Source: Eledone cirrhosa
Lineage: Eukaryota
Length of the DNA stretch: 64,000 nucleotides
Reading direction: 5' to 3'
Assembly: GCA_964016885.1 (NCBI GenBank)
Contig: OZ024744.1
Location: 4,402,001-4,466,000 of the forward strand
Both the position numbers and the translations under genes were made by a program. Below, one piece after another: positions 37,951-49,459 of this stretch; position 1 is the first letter of the stretch; each line of letters starts with the position of its first letter. The notes beneath the pieces are model-generated. The model was not told the origin of the DNA, did no database searches, and worked only from the letters and a program-made list of their open reading frames with translations.

Positions 37951-38771
37951 TGAAGAACGAAGTTTTGAGGGAAGACAAGGTAGAGAAAGATAGCTTGATG
38001 AAGAACGAAGTTTTGAGGGAAGACAAGGTAGAGAAAGTTAGCTTGGTGAAGAACGAAGTTTTGAGGGAAGACAAGGTAGAGTAAGATAGCTTGGTGAAGA
38101 ACGAAGTTTTGAGGGAAGACAAGGTAGAGAAAGATAGCTTGGTGAAGAACGAAGTTTTGAGGGAAGACAAGGTAGAGAAAGATAGCTTGATGAAGAACGA
38201 AGTTTTGAGGGAAGACAAGGTAGAGAAAGATAGCTTGATGAAGAACGAAGTTTTGAGGGAAGACAAGGTAGAGAAGGATAGCTTGTGAAGAACGAAGTTT
38301 TGGGGGAAGACAAGGTAGAGAAAGTTAGCTTGATGAAGAACGGAGTTTTGAGGGAAGACAAGGTAGAGAAAGATAGCTTGGTGAAGAACGAAGTTTTGAG
38401 GGAAGACAAGGTAGAGAAAGATAGTTTGGTGAAGAACGACGTTTTGAGGGAAGACAAGGTAGAGAAAGATAGCTTGATGAAGAACGAAGTTTTGGGGGAA
38501 GACAATGTAGAGAAAGATAGCTTGGTGACGAACGAAGTCTTGAGGGAAGACAAGGTAGAGAAAGATAGCTTGATGAAGAACGAACGATGTTTTGAGGGAA
38601 GACAAAGTAGAGAAAGATAGTTTGGTGAAGAACGAAGTTTTGGGGGAAGACAAGGTAGAGTAAGATAGCTTGATCAAGAACGAAGTTTTGAGGGAAGACA
38701 AGGTAGAGAAGGATAGCTTGTGAAGAACGAAGTTTTGGGGGAAGACAAGGTAGAGAAAGATAGCTTGGTGA

Positions 38772-40256
38772 AGAACGAAGTTTTGGGGGAAGACAAGGTA
38801 GAGAAAGATAGCTTGATCAAGAACGAAGTTTTGAGGGAAGACAAGGTAGAGAAGGATAGCTTGTGAAGAACGAAATTTTGGGGGAAGACAAGGTAGAGAA
38901 AGATAGCTTGGTGAAGAACGAAGTTTTGAGGGAAGACAAGGTAGAGAAAGATAGCTTGTGAAGAACGACGTGTTGAGGGAAGACAAAGTAGAGAACGATA
39001 GCTTGATGAAGAACGGTGTTTTGAGGGAAGACAAGGTAGAGAAAGATAGCTTGGTGAAGAACGACGTGTTGAGGGAAGACAAAGTAGAGAACGATAGCTT
39101 GATGAAGAACGTTGTTTTGAGGGAAGACAAGGTAGAGAAAGATAGCTTGGTGAAGAACGAAGTTTTGAGGGAAGACAAGGTAGAGAAAGATAGCTTGATC
39201 AAGAACGAAGTTTTGAGGGAAGACAAGGTAGAGAAGGATAGCTTGTGAAGAACGAAGTTTTGGGGGAAGACAAGGTAAAGAAAGATAGCTTGGTGAAGAA
39301 CGAACGACGTTTTGAGGGAAGACAAGGTAGAGAAAGATAGCTAGGTGAAGAACGACGTTTTGAGGGAAGACAAAGTAGAGAACGATAGCTTGATGAAGAA
39401 CGGAGTTTTGAGGGAAGACAAGGTAGAGAAAGATAGCTTGATCAAGAACGAAGTTTTGAGGGAAGACAAGGTAGAGAAGGATAGCTTGTGAAGAACGAAG
39501 TTTTGGGGGAAGACAAGGTAGAGAAAGATAGCTTGGTGAAGAACGAAGTTTTGAGGGAAGACAAGGTAGAGAAAGATAGTTTGGTGAAGAACGAAGTTTT
39601 GGGGGAAGACAAGGTAGAGAAAGATAGCTTGATCAAGAACGAAGTTTTGAGGGAAGACAAGGTAGAGAAGGATAGCTTGTGAAGAACGAAGTTTTGGGGG
39701 AAGACAAGGTAGAGAAAGATAGCTTGGTGAAGAACGAAGTTTTGAGGGAAGACAAGGTAGAGAAAGATAGCTTGTGAAGAACGACGTGTTGAGGGAAGAC
39801 AAAGTAGAGAACGATAGCTTGATGAAGAACGGTGTTTTGAGGGAAGACAAGGTAGAGAAAGATAGCTTGGTGAAGAACGACGTGTTGAGGGAAGACAAAG
39901 TAGAGAACGATAGCTTGATGAAGAACGGTGTTTTGAGGGAAGACAAGGTAGAGAAAGATAGCTTGGTGAAGAACGAAGTTTTGAGGGAAGACAAGGTAGA
40001 GAAAGATAGCTTGATCAAGAACGAAGTTTTGAGGGAAGACAAGGTAGAGAAGGATAGCTTGTGAAGAACGAAGTTTTGGGGGAAGACAAGGTAAAGAAAG
40101 ATAGCTTGGTGAAGAACGAACGACGTTTTGAGGGAAGACAAGGTAGAGAAAGATAGCTAGGTGAAGAACGACGTTTTGAGGGAAGACAAAGTAGAGAACG
40201 ATAGCTTGATGAAGAACGGAGTTTTGAGGGAAGACAAGGTAGAGAAAGATAGCTTG
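38772..40256. repeat. 816-bp (17-monomer) local duplication
   Basis: ORFs 38958..39248 and 39774..40064 are offset by 816. Both carry a doubled GACGTGTTG...AAAGTAGAGAAC module and differ at GTTGTT versus GGTGTT. Confidence 0.82.
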
Positions 40257-42417
40257 GTGAAGAACGAAGTTTTGAGGGAAGACAAGGTAGAGAAAGATAG
40301 TTTGGTGAAGAACGAAGTTTTGGGGGAAGAAAAGGTAGAGAAATATAGCTTGGTGAAGAACGAAGTTTTGAGGGAAGACAAGGTAGAGAAAGATAGCTTG
40401 ATGAAGAACGAAGTTTTGAGGGAAGACAAGGTAGAGAAAGTTAGCTTGGTGAAGAACGAAGTTTTGAGGGATGACAAGGTAGAGAAAGATAGCTTGGTGA
40501 AGAACGAAGTTTTGTGGGAAGACAAGGTAGAGAAAGATAGCTTGATGAAGAACGAAGTTTTGAGGGAAGACAAGGTAGAGAAAGTTAGTTTGGTGAAGAA
40601 CGAAGTTTTGAGGGAAGACAAGGTAGAGAAAGATAGCTTGGTGAAGAACGAAGTTTTGAGGGAAGACAAGGTAGAGAAAGATAGCTTGGTGAAGAACGAA
40701 ATTTTGAGGGAAGACAAGGTAGAGAAAGATAGCTTGGTGAAGAACGAAGTTTTGAGGGAAGACAAGGTAGAGAAAGATAGCTTGTGAAGAACGTAGTTTT
40801 GGGGGAAGACAAGGTAGAGAAAGATAGCTTGGTGAAGAACGAACGAAGTGTTGAGGGAAGACAAGGTAGAGAAAGATAGCTTGGTGAAGAACGACGTTTT
40901 GAGGGAAGACAAAGTAGAGAACGATAGCTTGATGAAGAACGAAGTTTTGAGGGAAGACAAGGTAGAGAAAGATAGCTTGGTGAATAACGAAGTTTTGAGG
41001 GAAGACAAGGTAAAGAAAGATAGCTTGGTGAAGAACGATGTTTTGGGGGAAGACAAGGTAGAGAAAGATAGCTTGGTGAAGAACGAAGTTTTGAGGGAAG
41101 ACAAGGTACAGAAAGATAGCTTGGTGAAGAACGAAGTTTTGAGGGAAGACAAGGTAGAGAAAGATAGCTTGGTGAAGAACAAAGTTTTGAGGGAAGACAA
41201 GGTAGAGAAAGATAGCTTGATCAAGAACGAAGTTTTGAGGGAAGACAAGGTAGAGAAGGATAGCTTGTGAAGAACGAAGTTTTGGGGGAAGACAATGTAG
41301 AGAAAGATAGCTTGGTGAAGAATGAACGACGTTTTGAGGGAAGACAAGGTAGAGAAGGATAGCTAGGTGAAGAACGACGTTTTGAGGGAAGACAAAGTAG
41401 AGAACGATAGCTTGATGAAGAACGGAGTTTTGAGGGAAGACAAGGTAGAGAAAGATAGCTTGGTGAAGAACGAAGTTTTGAGGGAAGACAAGGTAGAGAA
41501 AGATAGTTTGGTGAAGAACGAAGTTTTGGGGGGTAAAAAGGTAGAGAAAGATAGCTTGGTGAAGAACGAAGTTTTGAGGGAAGACAAGGTAGAGAAAGAT
41601 AGCTTGGTGAAGAACGAAGTTTTGAGGGAAGACAAGGTAGAGAAAGATAGCTTGATGAAGAACGAAGTTTTGAGGGAAGACAAGGTAGAGAAAGTTAGCT
41701 TGGTGAAGAACGAAGTTTTGAGGGAAGACAAGGTAGAGTAAGATAGCTTGGTGAAGAACGAAGTTTTGAGGGAAGACAAGGTAGAGAAAGATAGCTTGGT
41801 GAAGAACGAAGTTTTGAGGGAAGACAAGGTAGAGAAAGATAGCTTGATGAAGAACGAAGTTTTGAGGGAAGACAAGGTAGAGAAAGATAGCTTGATGAAG
41901 AACGAAGTTTTGAGGGAAGACAAGGTAGAGAAGGATAGCTTGTGAAGAACGAAGTTTTGGGGGAAGACAAGGTAGAGAAAGTTAGCTTGATGAAGAACGG
42001 AGTTTTGAGGGAAGACAAGGTAGAGAAAGATAGCTTGGTGAAGAACGAAGTTTTGAGGGAAGACAAGGTAGAGAAAGATAGTTTGGTGAAGAACGACGTT
42101 TTGAGGGAAGACAAGGTAGAGAAAGATAGCTTGATGAAGAACGAAGTTTTGGGGGAAGACAATGTAGAGAAAGATAGCTTGGTGACGAACGAAGTCTTGA
42201 GGGAAGACAAGGTAGAGAAAGATAGCTTGATGAAGAACGAACGATGTTTTGAGGGAAGACAAAGTAGAGAAAGATAGCTTGATGAAGAACGAAGTTTTGC
42301 AGGAAGGCAAGGTAGAGAAAGATAGCTTGGTGAATAACGATGTTTTGAGGGAAGACAAGGTAGAGAAAGATAGCTTGGTGAAGACGATGTTCTGGGGGAA
42401 GACAAGGTAGAGAAAGA

Positions 42418-45400
42418 TAGCTTGGTGAAGAACGAAGTTTTGAGGGAAGACAAGGTAGAGAAAGATAGCTTGGTGAAGAACGAAGTTTTGAGGGAAGACA
42501 AGGTAGAGAAAGATAGCTTGGTGAATAACGAAGTTTTGAGGGAAGACAAGGTAAAGAAAGATAGCTTGGTGAAGAACGATGTTTTGGGGGAAGACAAGGT
42601 AGAGAAAGATAGCTTGGTGAAGAACGAAGTTTTGAGGGAAGACAAGGTAGAGAAAGATAGCTTGGTGAAGAACGAAGTTTTGAGGGAAGACAAGGTAGAG
42701 AAAGATAGCTTGGTGAAGAACAAAGTTTTGAGGGAAGACAAGGTAGAGAAAGATAGCTTGATCAAGAACGAAGTTTTGAGGGAAGACAAGGTAGAGAAGG
42801 ATAGCTTGTGAAGAACGAAGTTTTGGGGGAAGACAAGGTAGAGAAAGATAGCTTGGTGAAGAACGAACGACGTTTTGAGGGAAGACAAGGTAGAGAAAGA
42901 TAGCTAGGTGAAGAACGACGTTTTGAGGGAAGACAAAGTAGAGAACGATAGCTTGATGAAGAACGGAGTTTTGAGGGAAGACAAGGTAGAGAAAGATAGC
43001 TTGGTGAAGAACGAAGTTTTGAGGGAAGACAAGGTAGAGAAAGATAGTTTGGTGAAGAACGAAGTTTTGGGGGGAAAACAGGTAGAGAAAGATAGCTTGG
43101 TGAAGAACGAAGTTTTGAGGGAAGACAAGGTAGAGAAAGATAGCTTGGTGAAGAACGAAGTTTTGAGGGAAGACAAGGTAGAGAAAGATAGCTTGATGAA
43201 GAACGAAGTTTTGAGGGAAGACAAGGTAGAGAAAGTTAGCTTGGTGAAGAACGAAGTTTTGAGGGAAGACAAGGTAGAGTAAGATAGCTTGGTGAAGAAC
43301 GAAGTTTTGAGGGAAGACAAGGTAGAGAAAGATAGCTTGGTGAAGAACGAAGTTTTGAGGGAAGACAAGGTAGAGAAAGATAGCTTGATGAAGAACGAAG
43401 TTTTGAGGGAAGACAAGGTAGAGAAAGATAGCTTGATCAAGAACGAAGTTTTGAGGGAAGACAAGGTAGAGAAGGATAGCTTGTGAAGAACGAAGTTTTG
43501 GGGGAAGACAAGGTAAAGAAAGATAGCTTGGTGAAGAACGAACGACGTTTTGAGGGAAGACAAGGTAGAGAAAGATAGCTAGGTGAAGAACGACGTTTTG
43601 AGGGAAGACAAAGTAGAGAACGATAGCTTGATGAAGAACGGAGTTTTGAGGGAAGACAAGGTAGAGAAAGATAGCTTGGTGAAGAACGAAGTTTTGAGGG
43701 AAGACAAGGTAGAGAAAGATAGTTTGGTGAAGAACGAAGTTTTGGGGGAAAAAAAGGTAGAGAAATATAGCTTGGTGAAGAACGAAGTTTTGAGGGAAGA
43801 CAAGGTAGAGAAAGATAGCTTGATGAAGAACGAAGTTTTGAGGGAAGACAAGGTAGAGAAAGTTAGCTTGGTGAAGAACGAAGTTTTGAGGGATGACAAG
43901 GTAGAGAAAGATAGCTTGGTGAAGAACGAAGTTTTGAGGGAAGACAAGGTAGAGAAAGATAGCTTGGTGAAGAACGAAGTTTTGAGGGAAGACAAGGTAG
44001 AGAAAGATAGCTTGATGAAGAACGAAGTTTTGAGGGAAGACAAGGTAGAGAAAGTTAGCTTGGTGAAGAACGAAGTTTTGAGGGAAGACAAGGTAGAGAA
44101 AGATAGCTTGGTGAAGAACGAAGTTTTGAGGGAAGACAAGGTAGAGAAAGATAGCTTGGTGAAGAACGAAATTTTGAGGGAAGACAAGGTAGAGAAAGAT
44201 AGCTTGGTGAAGAACGAAGTTTTGAGGGAAGACAAGGTAGAGAAAGATAGCTTGTGAAGAACGTAGTTTTGGGGGAAGACAAGGTAGAGAAAGATAGCTT
44301 GGTGAAGAACGAACGAATGGTTGAGGGAAGACAAGGTAGAGAAAGATAGCTTGGTGAAGAACGACGTTTTGAGGGAAGACAAAGTAGAGAACGATAGCTT
44401 GATGAAGAACGAAGTTTTGAGGGAAGACAAGGTAGAGAAAGATAGCTTGGTGAATAACGAAGTTTTGAGGGAAGACAAGGTAAAGAAAGATAGCTTGGTG
44501 AAGAACGATGTTTTGGGGGAAGACAAGGTAGAGAAAGATAGCTTGGTGAAGAACGAAGTTTTGAGGGAAGACAAGGTAGAGAAAGATAGCTTGGTGAAGA
44601 ACGAAGTTTTGAGGGAAGACAAGGTAGAGAAAGATAGCTTGGTGAAGAACAAAGTTTTGAGGGAAGACAAGGTAGAGAAAGATAGCTTGATCAAGAACGA
44701 AGTTTTGAGGGAAGACAAGGTAGAGAAGGATAGCTTGTGAAGAACGAAGTTTTGGGGGAAGACAAGGCAGAGAAAGATAGCTTGGTGAAGAACGAACGAC
44801 GTTTTGAGGGAAGACAAGGTAGAGAAGGATAGCTAGGTGAAGAACGACGTTTTGAGGGAAGACAAAGTAGAGAACGATAGCTTGATGAAGAACGGAGTTT
44901 AGAGGGAAGACAAGGTAGAGAAAGATAGCTTGGTGAAGAACGAAGTTTTGAGGGAAGACAAGGTAGAGAAAGATAGTTTGGTGAAGAACGAAGTTTTGGG
45001 GGGTAAAAAGGTAGAGAAAGATAGCTTGGTGAAGAACGAAGTTTTGAGGGAAGACAAGGTAGAGAAAGATAGCTTGGTGAAGAACGAAGTTTTGAGGGAA
45101 GACAAGGTAGAGAAAGATAGCTTGATGAAGAACGAAGTTTTGAGGGAAGACAAGGTAGAGAAAGTTAGCTTGGTGAAGAACGAAGTTTTGAGGGAAGACA
45201 AGGTAGAGTAAGATAGCTTGGTGAAGAACGAAGTTTTGAGGGAAGACAAGGTAGAGAAAGATAGCTTGGTGAAGAACGAAGTTTTGAGGGAAGACAAGGT
45301 AGAGAAAGATAGCTTGATGAAGAACGAAGTTTTGAGGGAAGACAAGGTAGAGAAAGATAGCTTGATCAAGAACGAAGTTTTGAGGGAAGACAAGGTAGAG

Positions 45401-48400
45401 AAGGATAGCTTGTGAAGAACGAAGTTTTGGGGGAAGACAAGGTAGAGAAAGTTAGCTTGATGAAGAACGGAGTTTTGAGGGAAGACAAGGTAGAGAAAGA
45501 TAGCTTGGTGAAGAACGAAGTTTTGAGGGAAGACAAGGTAGAGAAAGATAGTTTGGTGAAAAACGAAGTTTTGGGGGAAAAACAGGTAGAGAAATATAGC
45601 TTGGTGAAGAACGAAGTTTTGAGGGAAGACAAGGTAGAGAAAGATAGCTTGATGAAGAACGAAGTTTTGAGGGAAGACAAGGTAGAGAAAGTTAGCTTGG
45701 TGAAGAACGAAGTTTTGAGGGAAGACAAGGTAGAGAAAGATAGCTTGGTGAAGAACGAAGTTTTGAGGGAAGACAAGGTAGAGAAAGATAGCTTGGTGAA
45801 GAACGAAGTTTTGAGGGAAGACAAGGTAGAGAAAGATAGCTTGATGAAGAACGAAGTTTTGAGGGAAGACAAGGTAGAGAAAGTTAGCTTGGTGAAGAAC
45901 GAAGTTTTGAGGGAAGACAAGGTAGAGAAAGATAGCTTGGTGAAGAACGAAGTTTTGAGGGAAGACAAGGTAGAGAAAGATAGCTTGGTGAATAACGAAG
46001 TTTTGAGGGAAGACAAGGTAAAGAAAGATAGCTTGGTGAAGAACGATGTTTTGGGGGAAGACAAGGTAGAGAAAGATAGCTTGGTGAAGAACGAAGTTTT
46101 GAGGGAAGACAAGGTAGAGAAAGATAGCTTGGTGAAGAACGAAGTTTTGAGGGAAGACAAGGTAGAGAAAGATAGCTTGGTGAAGAACAAAGTTTTGAGG
46201 GAAGACAAGGTAGAGAAAGATAGCTTGATCAAGAACGAAGTTTTGAGGGAAGACAAGGTAGAGAAGGATAGCTTGTGAAGAACGAAGTTTTGGGGGAAGA
46301 CAAGGTAGAGAAAGATAGCTTGGTGAAGAACGAACGACGTTTTGAGGGAAGACAAGGTAGAGAAAGATAGCTAGGTGAAGAACGACGTTTTGAGGGAAGA
46401 CAAAGTAGAGAACGATAGCTTGATGAAGAACGGAGTTTTGAGGGAAGACAAGGTAGAGAAAGATAGCTTGGTGAAGAACGAAGTTTTGAGGGAAGACAAG
46501 GTAGAGAAAGATAGTTTGGTGAAGAACGAAGTTTTGGGGGGAAAACAGGTAGAGAAAGATAGCTTGGTGAAGAACGAAGTTTTGAGGGAAGACAAGGTAG
46601 AGAAAGATAGCTTGGTGAAGAACGAAGTTTTGAGGGAAGACAAGGTAGAGAAAGATAGCTTGATGAAGAACGAAGTTTTGAGGGAAGACAAGGTAGAGAA
46701 AGTTAGCTTGGTGAAGAACGAAGTTTTGAGGGAAGACAAGGTAGAGTAAGATAGCTTGGTGAAGAACGAAGTTTTGAGGGAAGACAAGGTAGAGAAAGAT
46801 AGCTTGGTGAAGAACGAAGTTTTGAGGGAAGACAAGGTAGAGAAAGATAGCTTGATGAAGAACGAAGTTTTGAGGGAAGACAAGGTAGAGAAAGATAGCT
46901 TGATCAAGAACGAAGTTTTGAGGGAAGACAAGGTAGAGAAGGATAGCTTGTGAAGAACGAAGTTTTGGGGGAAGACAAGGTAAAGAAAGATAGCTTGGTG
47001 AAGAACGAACGACGTTTTGAGGGAAGACAAGGTAGAGAAAGATAGCTAGGTGAAGAACGACGTTTTGAGGGAAGACAAAGTAGAGAACGATAGCTTGATG
47101 AAGAACGGAGTTTTGAGGGAAGACAAGGTAGAGAAAGATAGCTTGGTGAAGAACGAAGTTTTGAGGGAAGACAAGGTAGAGAAAGATAGTTTGGTGAAGA
47201 ACGAAGTTTTGGGGGAAAAAAAGGTAGAGAAATATAGCTTGGTGAAGAACGAAGTTTTGAGGGAAGACAAGGTAGAGAAAGATAGCTTGATGAAGAACGA
47301 AGTTTTGAGGGAAGACAAGGTAGAGAAAGTTAGCTTGGTGAAGAACGAAGTTTTGAGGGATGACAAGGTAGAGAAAGATAGCTTGGTGAAGAACGAAGTT
47401 TTGAGGGAAGACAAGGTAGAGAAAGATAGCTTGGTGAAGAACGAAGTTTTGAGGGAAGACAAGGTAGAGAAAGATAGCTTGATGAAGAACGAAGTTTTGA
47501 GGGAAGACAAGGTAGAGAAAGTTAGCTTGGTGAAGAACGAAGTTTTGAGGGAAGACAAGGTAGAGAAAGATAGCTTGGTGAAGAACGAAGTTTTGAGGGA
47601 AGACAAGGTAGAGAAAGATAGCTTGGTGAAGAACGAAATTTTGAGGGAAGACAAGGTAGAGAAAGATAGCTTGGTGAAGAACGAAGTTTTGAGGGAAGAC
47701 AAGGTAGAGAAAGATAGCTTGTGAAGAACGTAGTTTTGGGGGAAGACAAGGTAGAGAAAGATAGCTTGGTGAAGAACGAACGAATGGTTGAGGGAAGACA
47801 AGGTAGAGAAAGATAGCTTGGTGAAGAACGACGTTTTGAGGGAAGACAAAGTAGAGAACGATAGCTTGATGAAGAACGAAGTTTTGAGGGAAGACAAGGT
47901 AGAGAAAGATAGCTTGGTGAATAACGAAGTTTTGAGGGAAGACAAGGTAAAGAAAGATAGCTTGGTGAAGAACGATGTTTTGGGGGAAGACAAGGTAGAG
48001 AAAGATAGCTTGGTGAAGAACGAAGTTTTGAGGGAAGACAAGGTAGAGAAAGATAGCTTGGTGAAGAACGAAGTTTTGAGGGAAGACAAGGTAGAGAAAG
48101 ATAGCTTGGTGAAGAACAAAGTTTTGAGGGAAGACAAGGTAGAGAAAGATAGCTTGATCAAGAACGAAGTTTTGAGGGAAGACAAGGTAGAGAAGGATAG
48201 CTTGTGAAGAACGAAGTTTTGGGGGAAGACAAGGCAGAGAAAGATAGCTTGGTGAAGAACGAACGACGTTTTGAGGGAAGACAAGGTAGAGAAGGATAGC
48301 TAGGTGAAGAACGACGTTTTGAGGGAAGACAAAGTAGAGAACGATAGCTTGATGAAGAACGGAGTTTAGAGGGAAGACAAGGTAGAGAAAGATAGCTTGG

Positions 48401-49459
48401 TGAAGAACGAAGTTTTGAGGGAAGACAAGGTAGAGAAAGATAGTTTGGTGAAGAACGAAGTTTTGGGGGGTAAAAAGGTAGAGAAAGATAGCTTGGTGAA
48501 GAACGAAGTTTTGAGGGAAGACAAGGTAGAGAAAGATAGCTTGGTGAAGAACGAAGTTTTGAGGGAAGACAAGGTAGAGAAAGATAGCTTGATGAAGAAC
48601 GAAGTTTTGAGGGAAGACAAGGTAGAGAAAGTTAGCTTGGTGAAGAACGAAGTTTTGAGGGAAGACAAGGTAGAGTAAGATAGCTTGGTGAAGAACGAAG
48701 TTTTGAGGGAAGACAAGGTAGAGAAAGATAGCTTGGTGAAGAACGAAGTTTTGAGGGAAGACAAGGTAGAGAAAGATAGCTTGATGAAGAACGAAGTTTT
48801 GAGGGAAGACAAGGTAGAGAAAGATAGCTTGATCAAGAACGAAGTTTTGAGGGAAGACAAGGTAGAGAAGGATAGCTTGTGAAGAACGAAGTTTTGGGGG
48901 AAGACAAGGTAGAGAAAGTTAGCTTGATGAAGAACGGAGTTTTGAGGGAAGACAAGGTAGAGAAAGATAGCTTGGTGAAGAACGAAGTTTTGAGGGAAGA
49001 CAAGGTAGAGAAAGATAGTTTGGTGAAAAACGAAGTTTTGGGGGAAAAACAGGTAGAGAAATATAGCTTGGTGAAGAACGAAGTTTTGAGGGAAGACAAG
49101 GTAGAGAAAGATAGCTTGATGAAGAACGAAGTTTTGAGGGAAGACAAGGTAGAGAAAGTTAGCTTGGTGAAGAACGAAGTTTTGAGGGAAGACAAGGTAG
49201 AGAAAGATAGCTTGGTGAAGAACGAAGTTTTGAGGGAAGACAAGGTAGAGAAAGATAGCTTGGTGAAGAACGAAGTTTTGAGGGAAGACAAGGTAGAGAA
49301 AGATAGCTTGATGAAGAACGAAGTTTTGAGGGAAGACAAGGTAGAGAAAGTTAGCTTGGTGAAGAACGAAGTTTTGAGGGAAGACAAGGTAGAGAAAGAT
49401 AGCTTGGTGAAGAACGAAGTTTTGAGGGAAGACAAGGTAGAGAAAGATAGCTTGGTGAA
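42418..49459. repeat. 3467-bp tandem duplication (~72 monomers)
   Basis: ORF pairs 42908/46375, 43289/46756, 43583/47050, 44321/47788, 44930/48397, 45218/48685 and 45412/48879 are offset by 3467. Markers GAATGGTTG, AAGGCAGAG and GTTTAGAGG are duplicated. Confidence 0.92.
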
